DNA of 64,000 nucleotides from a bacterium. GTDB lineage: Bacteria > Bacillota > Clostridia > Lachnospirales > Lachnospiraceae. The notes beneath the pieces were generated by a model. It was not told the origin of the DNA and searched no databases. It saw only the letters and a list, made by a program, of their open reading frames with translations. The translations under genes were made by a program, and so were the position numbers. The stretch covers positions 8,103-72,102 of the forward strand of contig CAVKRN010000005.1 in assembly GCA_963658695.1 (NCBI GenBank). Direction: 5' to 3'. This document shows, one piece after another, positions 1-9,436 of the stretch; within the stretch, counting starts at the first letter, position 1; each line of letters starts with the position of its first letter.

Positions 1-186
1 GTCAATGACAACAATGCGCTTGAGAATACCAACCTGCGGCGCCGCCAATCCGACTCCATTGGCCTCATACATGGTCTCCAGCATATTCTGAATCAGCTCC
101 CGGATCCGGGGCGTCACTTCCTTTACTTCTTTTGCTTTCTTATTCAGAATCGGGTCTCCGATTTCACGAATGGTCAATAATGCCAT
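1..186 (-). CDS. def: Peptide deformylase (5' part; runs off window start)
   Basis: Hand translation MALLTIREIGDPILNKKAKEV...NGVGLAAPQVGILKRIVVID contains the PDF motif GxGLAAPQ; the priA-def order is conventional. Confidence 0.95.
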   Translation of the reverse strand, partial: MALLTIREIGDPILNKKAKEVKEVTPRIRELIQNMLETMYEANGVGLAAPQVGILKRIVVID

Positions 187-255
187 AGTCTTACTGCCTT
201 TCTTTTATTTAGAAAACTTATGAATGAAAACAAATGCTACTTAATCATTTGCCGA

Positions 256-2532
256 TCAGTATGGACTTAGCGGATCAAAATCAAACTGGAACACCGTATC
301 CATTCCGGCGCTCGCCTGCATCGCCCGTTTTGCCGCAGCCTCTACCGCATCTTTACAAGCGATCAGTGTATCATAATCAGCGCTTTTAACATAGAGAACA
401 TAGCGGTACTCATCCCGCAGCTTTTCCAGCGCCGCCGCTGCCGGGCCGATCAAAATACAGCCCTTTTTTGTCTCCGGAAGCTTTTCCAAAAGGGTCCTAG
501 TCTGCCGGGCAAAGAGTGCCGCATGCTCCTCCGACCTTGATGTCATCTGAATTGCCAGCATATGCTCGGCCGGAGGATATTTCAAAAGTCGGCGGTAGGT
601 CATCTCTTCTGCGTAGAAACCCTCATAATCCTGCCGCGCCGCATAGACAATGCTGTAGTGGGACGGATCGTAGGTCTGGATCACCACATTCCCCGGCTTC
701 GCTCCGCGCCCGGCGCGCCCGGCCGCCTGGGTAAGCAGCTGAAATGTCCGCTCTGCCGCCCGGTAATCCCCCATATGCAGTGACATGTCCGCCAGCAGCA
801 CCCCCACCAGCGTTACATTCGGGAAATCATGTCCCTTCACAATCATCTGGGTGCCAATGAGTATATCCGCTTCCTCATTGGCAAAAGACGATAATATTTT
901 CTCATAGCTGCTCTTCGTCTTGGTGGTATCCGCATCCATGCGCAGAATCCGCGCCTGCGGATAGGCCTTTCGAAGGAGCTGCTCAACCTGCTCGGTCCCT
1001 GCCTGAAATCCGCTGATATAGGGCGAGCCACACTCCGGACAGGTTGCCGGCATCTGCGTTTCATAGCCGCAGTAATGACACACCAGGCGTCCCTTCCCAT
1101 GCAGGGACAAGGACACGCTGCAGTGCGGACATTTGGGTACGTAGCTGCAGTTCCGGCAGGAAACAAAGCCGGAAAACCCACGGCGATTTAAGAACAATAT
1201 GCTCTGTTCCCCTCGCCCCAGCCGCTCCTGCAGTAAAGCCGAAAGACGTCTGGAGAGAATAGAATGGTTGCCGCTTCGCATTTCCTGCCGCATATCGGCA
1301 ATTTCTGTCTGCGGAAGATTTCCGCCAGTCAGGCGCCTTGTCAGACGGTACATGCGAAAATTGCCTTGCATAGCCTGATAATACGACTCCAGAGACGGTG
1401 TCGCCGACCCGAGAACGACGACACCTCTGTGCATGGCTGCAATACGGATGGCTACCTCTCTTGCATGGTACTTGGGCATCGTTTCATTTTTGTAGCTGCT
1501 TTCATGCTCCTCGTCCATGATGATGATGCCGACCCGCGGAAACGGCGTGAACAAAGCCGACCTCGGCCCGATAATTACATCGATTTCTCCTCTTCTTGCC
1601 CGCTCGAACTGGTCGCTTTTCTCGCTCTCCGACAAAGAGGAATTCATTACCGACACCCTCTCTCCAAAATGACGGTAGAACCGCATCAGCGTCTGGTAGG
1701 TCAGCGAAATTTCCGGGATAAGCATGATGGCCTTACCGCCCTCTGCCACAATTTTCTCGATGATTGTAATGTATACCTCGGTTTTGCCGCTGCCGGTAAT
1801 GCCGTGGAGAAGGCTGACCCGCGGCACTTCCTCCTGATCAGAGGGGAGCATTCGGATTTTCTGATAATCGTTCCAGATGCCGCTAACGGCATCGCGCTGC
1901 TCTTGACTAAGCTCCTTTTGCCCCTGTTCCTTCGCGGCACCCGCCACCGGATTTCGAAGGCTCTTTTTTGTCTGAATTTCCAGAATCCCCTGCTTTTCCA
2001 GAAAAACCAGCGCTTCCCTCGTCACGTGGAGCTTTTGCAGCATCAGCTGGTACGGCTGCGGACTTGCTTCCAGAAGCGCTCGCACAATCCGTTCTCTTGC
2101 CACCTGATGTTTTATGGCGAACTGATGCCGTTTCTTCTCCGCTTCCTCCGGCGACAGAAGGAGTCGAACGGTTTTCTCCTCCACCGGTTTGGCCGATCCC
2201 CGGCTGGTCACCACCGTTTTCAGTGCTGCCGCAAACGTGGATCCGTAGCGCCGTTTCATCCACAGGGCCAGCTGCACCGAATACCCGCCAGTCTCCCCAG
2301 AGTCGCCCCGCGCCACCTCTTGAATCTCCTTGATCTGTGCATCCGGGTAGTCACAGGTGTCCGAAAAACCAACGACGTACCCCTTTCGCACAGAATTTCC
2401 CTTTCCGAAGGGTACAACAACAAGACTCCCGAGGCCCAACTCCGAATCCAAAGCCTCCGGAATCTTGTAGGTAAACGGCCGATCCAGCCGCCCGTGTGAA
2501 ATATCAATGACAATCTGCGCGTAACGATGCAT
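256..2532 (-). CDS. priA: Primosomal protein N' (replication restart helicase)
   Basis: GITGSGKTE Walker A, DEEH box, Cys-rich Zn module CRNC..CPHC..CHYC..CPEC, QAAGRAGR. Confidence 0.97.
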   Translation of the reverse strand: MHRYAQIVIDISHGRLDRPFTYKIPEALDSELGLGSLVVVPFGKGNSVRKGYVVGFSDTCDYPDAQIKEIQEVARGDSGETGGYSVQLALWMKRRYGSTFAAALKTVVTSRGSAKPVEEKTVRLLLSPEEAEKKRHQFAIKHQVARERIVRALLEASPQPYQLMLQKLHVTREALVFLEKQGILEIQTKKSLRNPVAGAAKEQGQKELSQEQRDAVSGIWNDYQKIRMLPSDQEEVPRVSLLHGITGSGKTEVYITIIEKIVAEGGKAIMLIPEISLTYQTLMRFYRHFGERVSVMNSSLSESEKSDQFERARRGEIDVIIGPRSALFTPFPRVGIIIMDEEHESSYKNETMPKYHAREVAIRIAAMHRGVVVLGSATPSLESYYQAMQGNFRMYRLTRRLTGGNLPQTEIADMRQEMRSGNHSILSRRLSALLQERLGRGEQSILFLNRRGFSGFVSCRNCSYVPKCPHCSVSLSLHGKGRLVCHYCGYETQMPATCPECGSPYISGFQAGTEQVEQLLRKAYPQARILRMDADTTKTKSSYEKILSSFANEEADILIGTQMIVKGHDFPNVTLVGVLLADMSLHMGDYRAAERTFQLLTQAAGRAGRGAKPGNVVIQTYDPSHYSIVYAARQDYEGFYAEEMTYRRLLKYPPAEHMLAIQMTSRSEEHAALFARQTRTLLEKLPETKKGCILIGPAAAALEKLRDEYRYVLYVKSADYDTLIACKDAVEAAAKRAMQASAGMDTVFQFDFDPLSPY

Positions 2533-2537
2533 GTGCT

Positions 2538-4067
2538 TTACCGGGCCGCATCCTTCTGCAGAATCTCTGCAATGATGACACGTTCGTCCATCGGATGCTT
2601 CTTGCCCTTAATCTCCTGATAATCTTCATGGCCCTTGCCGGCCAGAACAATGATGTCTCCGGGCTCGCCGTGGTGAATCGCATACGCAATTGCCTCCCGC
2701 CGATCCGGAATGGTCACATACGCTCCTGTCGTTTTGGAGATTCCTGTCACAATATCCTGAATGATATCCATCGGCTCTTCATCCCGCGGATTGTCCGATG
2801 TGATGATGGAAAGATCCGAGAGCCTTCCGGACACCTCCCCCATCTCAAAGCGCCGCACCTTCGAACGGTTTCCGCCGCACCCAAATAGCGTCACCAGACG
2901 ATGCGGGTGATATTCCTTCAGCGTAGTCAAAAGGCTCTCTAGCGCAACCGCATTGTGAGCGTAATCAATCATCAGTGTAAAATCATCGCTGACCTTTACC
3001 AGTTCAATACGTCCTTTTGCTCTTGCTCCTGCAAGTGCCGTTTCTGCATCCTCTGCCTTAACGTCAAACGCATGGCAAATGGCGATGGCAGACAATGCAT
3101 TGTAAACACTGAATCGTCCCGGTGTCGGCACTTCGCAGTGTAGCTCCCAAATTCCCTTTGTCACGAAGGAAATTCCAAGCTCCCCCGGCTTTTTACTCAG
3201 CAAAAGCTCCTCAGCATACAGATCATTGGAGGGATTCATTCCGTAGGAAAGCACGCGGCAAGAGCTCCCCTCCAGAATCTGCTTAGTGTGCGGATCGTCT
3301 CCGTTGACAATGGCCAGACGGCACTGACGGAACAAAAGGCTCTTACAATGCATGTAATCCGCAAAATCCTTGTGTTCATTCGGTCCGATATGGTCCTCCG
3401 ACAGATTGGTAAAGACACCGATATCGAACAAGATTCCCGCCGTCCGGTCCAGCATAAGTGCCTGGGAGGATACCTCCATGACAACCGCCTCCACACCGTC
3501 ATCCGCCATCTCCCGCAGCGTTTTCTGCAGCGCAAGGGACTCCGGCGTCGTGTTATTCGCCGGCCGGTGTACTTCATGCCAGGTGGACTCGATGGTGCCG
3601 ATCAGTCCCACATCCATTCCGGCCTTTTCCAGAATGGAACGCACCAGATAGGTGGTTGTGGTCTTCCCTTTGGTCCCGGTAATGCCGATCATCTTCAGCT
3701 CCCTTGCCGGATATCCGTAAAAGGCAGCCGATACCAGCGCCATTCCCCTGCGCGTGGACCTCACACGGATCAAGACCAGATTCTCAGCAAACGTCCCCTC
3801 TACCGGATCAATGTCATGCTCTGTCAGAATAGCCGTAGTCCCTGCTGCCGCCACCTGCGGGATGTAGCTATGTCCGTCCGATTTTGCTCCGCATATGGCA
3901 AAAAACAGGATTCCGCAGCCGGCATTCCGGGAATCGTTTGTGATCTCCCGGATGTCCTGCTGCAGAAGACGTCGTCCCTTCTCCGATTCCTTTGCAACTG
4001 GCTTGCCGCCCGCATCATAGAGCTCATATTCCAGTTCCTGTATCAGTTTTTCCAGCTGCATAGCCAT
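2538..4067 (-). CDS. murE: UDP-MurNAc-dipeptide--meso-DAP ligase
   Basis: GITGTKGKTTT, NTTP, MEVSS, DYAH, DNPR (DAP specificity), AGKGHE. Confidence 0.96.
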   Translation of the reverse strand: MAMQLEKLIQELEYELYDAGGKPVAKESEKGRRLLQQDIREITNDSRNAGCGILFFAICGAKSDGHSYIPQVAAAGTTAILTEHDIDPVEGTFAENLVLIRVRSTRRGMALVSAAFYGYPARELKMIGITGTKGKTTTTYLVRSILEKAGMDVGLIGTIESTWHEVHRPANNTTPESLALQKTLREMADDGVEAVVMEVSSQALMLDRTAGILFDIGVFTNLSEDHIGPNEHKDFADYMHCKSLLFRQCRLAIVNGDDPHTKQILEGSSCRVLSYGMNPSNDLYAEELLLSKKPGELGISFVTKGIWELHCEVPTPGRFSVYNALSAIAICHAFDVKAEDAETALAGARAKGRIELVKVSDDFTLMIDYAHNAVALESLLTTLKEYHPHRLVTLFGCGGNRSKVRRFEMGEVSGRLSDLSIITSDNPRDEEPMDIIQDIVTGISKTTGAYVTIPDRREAIAYAIHHGEPGDIIVLAGKGHEDYQEIKGKKHPMDERVIIAEILQKDAAR

Positions 4068-4141
4068 CCTCTCTTCCTTATATTCCTTGGTGCATCCGTT
4101 TAGAAATGCTTTAGACTTTTTAGAAATTCCTTAGATCGCGT

Positions 4142-4172
4142 ACACATTTTCAACACATTTTCCCGTTATGAT
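4142..4172 (+). promoter_or_regulatory. Direct repeat ACACATTTTC x2 (11-bp period) over the -35 position plus -10 TATGAT
   Basis: Repeats at 4142-4151 and 4153-4162; TATGAT at 4167-4172. Confidence 0.45.
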
Positions 4173-4179
4173 CTTTATC

Positions 4180-4261
4180 AAGATAGTTACTTACTCACTA
4201 TCTCCCCCCTCATAAGAAGTAGTAAAGAAGAAAGGCATCTGCACCCGCAGGTGTCTTTTTT
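4180..4261 (+). ncRNA. Candidate ~80-nt sRNA with C-rich seed
   Basis: 5' hairpin AGATAGT/ACTATCT, then CCCCCCTCAT, then terminator AAAGGCATCTGC/GCAGGTGTCTTT+T-run that pairs fully (G-U) only on the + strand although both neighbours are minus-strand genes. Confidence 0.45.
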
Positions 4262-4264
4262 CTG

Positions 4265-5230
4265 TTATTGTAACCGGCTGCGTATGCACAATCTCTCCCC
4301 GGTAAACGGCTGATCCAGCTCCACGCAGACAGCCTGCAGCATAGCATGCCGTCCCGTTTTCCCCGTTCCCTCCGCCATAGACTTTACGTGATCCATCTCC
4401 TCTGTCTTTGCCGCCGATCCGTACAGCGTATCATCCACTAAGGGATGCCCGATCGAAGCCATATGCACACGGATCTGATGGGTCCGTCCGGTGTCAATGT
4501 GAAGCCGCAAGAGGGAGTACTGAGCTGTCAGACTCTGCTCCGCCCCTGACGGTTTTGCCGTAAACTCCCGCAGCACTTCATAATGCGTAATTGCCCGGAG
4601 GCCGGTTATTCCCTCCCCACACACACGCATCTTCATCAAAACGCCCGGAACCTTCTCCATGTCGTGATCGATGGTCCCCTTTTTTTCGTATTCCGGAAAC
4701 CATCCCTCGCAAAGCGCCTGATAGGTTCGAATAAATCTCCCCTCCTCCCGTTGCCGCTGCAGCCTGGCCGCAGACGCGCGGTTTCTGGCGAAAACAAGTA
4801 CGCCCGATGTCTCCTTGTCCAGTCTCCCGATGATGCGAAGCCCGGAGGAATCCTTTAGATACTCCGTCAGGTAATTTGCCACGGTATCTGCGTAATGTCC
4901 GGGGCAAGGATGCACCACCTCGCCCGCCTCTTTGTCCACGGCAATCAGATCCTCATCCTCATAAAGAACCCGCACCGGTCCTTTCACCGGCAAAAGCTTC
5001 CCTTCGTCCCGTTCCTCCGGAAGAACAATCTGTAAGGTCTCCCCCGGTTGCATTCGCTCAGTCACCCGAATGGATTTTCCATCGCAGGTGATTCCGTCCG
5101 GGCAAAACTTCGCCGCGCTGATTTCATGTCCTGTCACGCGCACGCAGCTTTTAAGCACCAGATTTACCAGGCCACCCGCAGTCTTTTCCAGATCCTCTTC
5201 CCGTAACGTATAACGTAGTCGTTTGTCCAT
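4265..5230 (-). CDS. RluA/RluD-family pseudouridine synthase
   Basis: GRLDKETSG catalytic Asp motif, TGRTHQIRVH. Confidence 0.93.
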   Translation of the reverse strand: MDKRLRYTLREEDLEKTAGGLVNLVLKSCVRVTGHEISAAKFCPDGITCDGKSIRVTERMQPGETLQIVLPEERDEGKLLPVKGPVRVLYEDEDLIAVDKEAGEVVHPCPGHYADTVANYLTEYLKDSSGLRIIGRLDKETSGVLVFARNRASAARLQRQREEGRFIRTYQALCEGWFPEYEKKGTIDHDMEKVPGVLMKMRVCGEGITGLRAITHYEVLREFTAKPSGAEQSLTAQYSLLRLHIDTGRTHQIRVHMASIGHPLVDDTLYGSAAKTEEMDHVKSMAEGTGKTGRHAMLQAVCVELDQPFTGERLCIRSRLQ

Positions 5231-5257
5231 CGTTTCTTGTTACCGTTTTTATGTCAT

Positions 5258-6919
5258 TTACTTCCAGAATCGGAAGCCCTTGCGATCTTTTTTGGGTTTT
5301 CGATAACGGTAGTATATATTCCGCAGCACCAGGAACATGCTCGCGCCAAGAGCAAAAATAAAACCGGCAGCCCCCAGTACCGGAATCCCCATCACCTTTG
5401 GCTGCATGTCCGTCGTGCATATGATGGCCGACGACATGAGAAGCGCCGCTATGCACACGCCGATGACCAGATTCCGAACCAGCGCATAGGCCACCACTGT
5501 AAACTCGTCCTGTGCGCTCATGATGATGTTCACCTTTGCGCGTCCATGCAGAAACTCATTCAACGTATCCGTCGTCAGAGCCGGAATCTCCGCCCCTTTT
5601 TTGACAGCCCGGTACAAGGTTCTTCCACTCTTTCCCAGCTCCTTTTTCCAGTCAAGCTGGTGCAAATAGTCCTCAGAAAACCTCGTCACCGCGATCTGGA
5701 ACATGTTGATATCCGGACTGATCTCGGCAAGCACTCCCTCTACGTGGGCAAGCCCCCGACACAACATTGTCACCCCATGGGGAAGGCTGATGCCGTTTTC
5801 CTTCATGATCTCCATCAAATCCGCCAGAACCTCTGCAATGTCGATGCCTCCCATGGAAGCAGAGCCGTAGTCATCCAGAAACTTTCGAAGATCCTCCCAA
5901 AGCTTGGCCCGATCCGGTCGGCCGCGGAATTCGCCGATCTCAAGGACCGCATTCTCCACCATCGTAATGTCATGAAGAGCAATGCCCTGTACCCCCTTGA
6001 CCATGACCTTCCGGTCTTTCTCCGAAAGCCGTCCCATCATGCCCATATCGATCCAGACAATCTTCCCGCCACTAACCTTTACGTTGCCGGGATGCGGATC
6101 TGCATGGAAAAAGCCATCATCCATCACCTGCTTGATGAAATTATTGACGTACTTGGTGCCGATTTCATGAAGATCGTAACCGCCGTCTAAAAGCGTTTCC
6201 TTGTCATTGATGGCAGTGCCTTGAATATACTCCATGACCAGCACGCGGCTGGTCGTAAATTCATGGTAGAGCCTGGGGCAGGAAACGTAAACAATTCCCT
6301 TATTGTTCCGTGCGAACTCCTCCATATTGGCAGCTTCCTTGAGGAAATCCATCTCCTCCTGCGCCACGCTCCAAAGCTCGTCCAGAACCATGTTGAGATC
6401 CACCAGGTTCTTCAAATCCCCCACCGGCGGCATCAAATGCACCAACCGGTGCAAAAGACTGATGTCCCTTGCCATAATGTCATAAATGCCCTTGCGCTGC
6501 ACCTTGACAACAACATCTTCTCCGGTTAAAAGAACGGCCTTATGAACCTGCGCAATGGAGGCCGATCCAAGCGGCTTCGGATCAATATAGGAGAACACCT
6601 CATGCCAGTCCTGACGGTAGGAACGGTTGATCACCTCCTCCACCACCTCAAACGGCATCGGTGCAACGCTGGAATTCAGTTTCAGAAGCTCATCGCAATA
6701 CCTGGCAGGCAGAATATCCGAATGGAGAGACATGATCTGCCCGATTTTGATGTAGGTCGGCCCCAGCTCCTCCAGAATGGTGCGAAGCTTCTCCGGCGTC
6801 ACACCTCTTGTAATTTTATTGCGAACCAGAACATCCTTGATTTCCGCCAAGCGAGACTTGTTGTCCTGGACGGCTGTATCTTTATGTTCACTTTCCCTTG
6901 TTGCGTTTTCTGTCTGCAT
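5258..6919 (-). CDS. AarF/UbiB/ABC1 atypical kinase-like protein
   Basis: LGPTYIKIGQ (KxGQ), SASIAQVH, VVVKVQ, HADPHPGN, C-terminal TM helices. Confidence 0.93.
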   Translation of the reverse strand: MQTENATRESEHKDTAVQDNKSRLAEIKDVLVRNKITRGVTPEKLRTILEELGPTYIKIGQIMSLHSDILPARYCDELLKLNSSVAPMPFEVVEEVINRSYRQDWHEVFSYIDPKPLGSASIAQVHKAVLLTGEDVVVKVQRKGIYDIMARDISLLHRLVHLMPPVGDLKNLVDLNMVLDELWSVAQEEMDFLKEAANMEEFARNNKGIVYVSCPRLYHEFTTSRVLVMEYIQGTAINDKETLLDGGYDLHEIGTKYVNNFIKQVMDDGFFHADPHPGNVKVSGGKIVWIDMGMMGRLSEKDRKVMVKGVQGIALHDITMVENAVLEIGEFRGRPDRAKLWEDLRKFLDDYGSASMGGIDIAEVLADLMEIMKENGISLPHGVTMLCRGLAHVEGVLAEISPDINMFQIAVTRFSEDYLHQLDWKKELGKSGRTLYRAVKKGAEIPALTTDTLNEFLHGRAKVNIIMSAQDEFTVVAYALVRNLVIGVCIAALLMSSAIICTTDMQPKVMGIPVLGAAGFIFALGASMFLVLRNIYYRYRKPKKDRKGFRFWK

Positions 6920-7091
6920 ACTCTTATCCCGGTACGGCGTCGAATTTTAACCAATCGTGTAACGGTGCAAGGCCTTACTCGCAAAAGCACTGCCATCCAA
7001 CGAGTAAGAGGGCCGCAGATTGCTCTGTGACCCTCTCCTATCCTCTTCAATGACATCGGAGACAAAAGGTCCTTTGTCCCCCGGCAGTAGC

Positions 7092-7439
7092 TTACTCCGC
7101 CTCTTTTTCTTCCTCTGCAGCGGCATCCGCTTCAGGCTCTGCTGCCTCTGCAGTCTCATTCTCTAACTGAGCAATCTGCTCCTTGAGCTTAACAAGATCC
7201 TCTGTACTCAGCCCGGAAACAAAATCCGTGAAGTTCTTCTGCTTTTTTTCCTCTTCGAACTTCTTTTTCTTCTCCTCAGCGTTGTGACGAAGCTCCTGAT
7301 TCAGCGCTTTCCCCTGCTCAACGGTCAGCTCTCCCTTTTTCACCAGGTCGCTCAGGATCTCTCCGGACTTCTCAACCGAAGTTGCCGCCGCGCCAATACC
7401 AATCAGAAAAAATTTCTTAATTCCATCACCAAGTTCCAT
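7092..7439 (-). CDS. Phasin-like small helical protein
   Basis: KKFFLIGIGAAA...LVKKGELTVEQGK; start chosen after GGAGGT RBS; sits upstream of the ubiB-like gene. Confidence 0.7.
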   Translation of the reverse strand: MELGDGIKKFFLIGIGAAATSVEKSGEILSDLVKKGELTVEQGKALNQELRHNAEEKKKKFEEEKKQKNFTDFVSGLSTEDLVKLKEQIAQLENETAEAAEPEADAAAEEEKEAE

Positions 7440-7565
7440 TTGTAACACCTCCATTTACATCCCTTGCGGGTGATTGATACAGACAATTATACCATCGTTC
7501 ACCACAAGCGGCACGATATTTTGTATCTGTTCAGCACCTGCCGTCATCCCATGTTACAGTACAGA

Positions 7566-7728
7566 CGCCAGTCAAGCGACAGGGTGGCGGAGAATGTCCA
7601 GATCAGGGGCCTTGCGAGGCCTCGGTGCTTGCGAGCGTATTCTGCGAGCTTAGCACCGCTAGGTCCGAGGATGGAGCGGGAGCGTCCCCAGATCGGACAA
7701 CTCCGTCAGGACCCGTCGCTGGCTAGCG
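7566..7728. other. Long imperfect inverted repeat with branched apex (structured RNA or MITE-like element)
   Basis: Nested pairs CGCCAGTC/GGCTAGCG, AGCGAC/GTCGCT, GGGT/ACCC, GGCGGAG/CTCCGTC, TGTCC/GGACA, GATC/GATC, GGGG/CCCC. Confidence 0.6.
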
Positions 7729-7740
7729 AGTGAACTGTTA

Positions 7741-8184
7741 TCATCCCATTCGCAGCAGGAGCTTAGGCAAAAAGATCCACAGTCCTATGATCGCCGCAAA
7801 AATGGCTGCAATCAAAACCGCACCGGCCGCGGCATCCTTAGCCTTCTTGGCAAGCGGATGCCGCTCCTTCGTCACAAGATCCACCACCGCCTCCACTGCG
7901 GTATTCACGCACTCCAGACTCATCACAAGCCCGAACAGGATCAGGCAGACAAACCACTCCTCGCGGCTCAAGCCAAGCCACAAGCCAAAGACTGTAACCA
8001 GAATCACCGCGCAGCAGTGAATCTGCATGTTTCGTTCCTTTTGAATGGTGTGAAAAATCCCCTCAAAGGCATATCCAAAGCTCTTATAGAGCGGCTGCTT
8101 CCGGTCTCGTCGCAATTGGCATGACGTTTTTTTATTCATCTGGTTTCCGGCCATTGGGTTTGCCTCTTTTATTTTCTTGGTCAT
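7741..8184 (-). CDS. dgkA: Prokaryotic diacylglycerol/undecaprenol kinase
   Basis: SFGYAFEG, ERNMQIH, ECVNTAVEAVVD, AKDAAAGAV; true start may be a downstream Met. Confidence 0.9.
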   Translation of the reverse strand: MTKKIKEANPMAGNQMNKKTSCQLRRDRKQPLYKSFGYAFEGIFHTIQKERNMQIHCCAVILVTVFGLWLGLSREEWFVCLILFGLVMSLECVNTAVEAVVDLVTKERHPLAKKAKDAAAGAVLIAAIFAAIIGLWIFLPKLLLRMG

Positions 8185-8245
8185 GACATTTTCACCTCAT
8201 GTGCCCGTTCCGCATCCGCGTTCTGTGTTGGTTTCCGGCAGCTGT

Positions 8246-9241
8246 TCACGGCAACTGTACCTCATGCTCGGTTGCCTCTCCCCGCACAAACGCATCTGCT
8301 GCCTCATAGCAGCTTCCCACCATATGTCCCACGGCCTGTTTCGTATAAAACGCGGTGTGCGGGCTCATAATCACATTTGGAAAGGACCGCAGCACTGCCA
8401 TATCCCGGTTGCTTATCACATCGCCGATACGATTGTAATAATACAGCCCATCTTCCTTCTCCAGAACGTCCAGCGCTGCTCCGCCCACGCGTCCGCTCTC
8501 AAGTGCCGCAATCAGATCATCGGTATCCACCAGCTTTCCCCTTGCCGTATTAACAATGAGAACACCGTTCTTCATCTGATCAAAGGCATCTTTATTCAAC
8601 AAGTGATAATTCTCTCCGGTTGCATTGGTATGCAACGTAATCACATCGCTTTCCCGGTACAGTGTTTCCAGGGAAACATACTCCGCCAGCTTTTTCACAT
8701 CCTCATTCTGATAAGGATCGTAGCAAACAATCCGGCATCCCATACCGGAGAGATGTTCAATCACGGTTCTGCCAATGCGTCCCGTTCCAATCACGCCCAC
8801 GGTCTGAAAGGAAATATCATCTCCGATTTTACCCTTCAGGGAATAATCCTGAATTCTGGCTCGGCTCAGAATCTCTTCGATTCTCCGCTGCAGCATCAGC
8901 ATAAGCATAATGGCATAATTGGCAACGCCAGACGGCGGATAGCTCACATTGGCGACACGCATTCCCATTTTCGCCGCACACGCAAGATCAACATGATCAT
9001 ATCCGATGGACCTGCAAAGAATGTACTTTACCCCGATTGATGCGAACCGCTCTACCATTGCAGAAGACATGTCGCACGGCGTCATACTCACCGCATCCGC
9101 CCCCTGTGCCAGCCGATAATTATCCGCATCCGGATAATCCGTGGTATATCCAAACTCGATCCCATACTCTTTTGCATATTGCTCTGCAAAGGACAGCTCA
9201 TCAAATTCCCGCAAGGTATAGAAAAAAATCTTCATGCGCAA
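8246..9241 (-). CDS. D-lactate dehydrogenase-like D-2-hydroxyacid dehydrogenase
   Basis: GVIGTGRIG, VNTARG, ALDVLE, SPHTAFYT. Confidence 0.9.
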   Translation of the reverse strand: MRMKIFFYTLREFDELSFAEQYAKEYGIEFGYTTDYPDADNYRLAQGADAVSMTPCDMSSAMVERFASIGVKYILCRSIGYDHVDLACAAKMGMRVANVSYPPSGVANYAIMLMLMLQRRIEEILSRARIQDYSLKGKIGDDISFQTVGVIGTGRIGRTVIEHLSGMGCRIVCYDPYQNEDVKKLAEYVSLETLYRESDVITLHTNATGENYHLLNKDAFDQMKNGVLIVNTARGKLVDTDDLIAALESGRVGGAALDVLEKEDGLYYYNRIGDVISNRDMAVLRSFPNVIMSPHTAFYTKQAVGHMVGSCYEAADAFVRGEATEHEVQLP

Positions 9242-9397
9242 CCAATTCCTCCTATTAGCTATTCAGGGCCTACTTGAAAGATCACTGCTGCGCAGCCTCC
9301 CTTTGCTCATGCGGCGTCCTCACAAGATAAAAATCCAAAAACAAGCCCCGGAATGGTTACAGTATAACACTTCGCAGGCAGGATGCAGAACACATGG

Positions 9398-9436
9398 AAA
9401 AGGGTATCCATCACATCCTTGCGTGATCGATACCCT
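9398..9436 (-). terminator. Intrinsic terminator closing the ~600-nt non-coding unit
   Basis: Minus strand AGGGTATCGATCACG-CAAGGA-TGTGATGGATACCCT followed by TTT. Confidence 0.75.

Noticed and set aside
7464..7733. 89-aa plus-strand ORF over the long hairpin
   Set aside because: No RBS or motif; better explained as GC-rich structured non-coding DNA.
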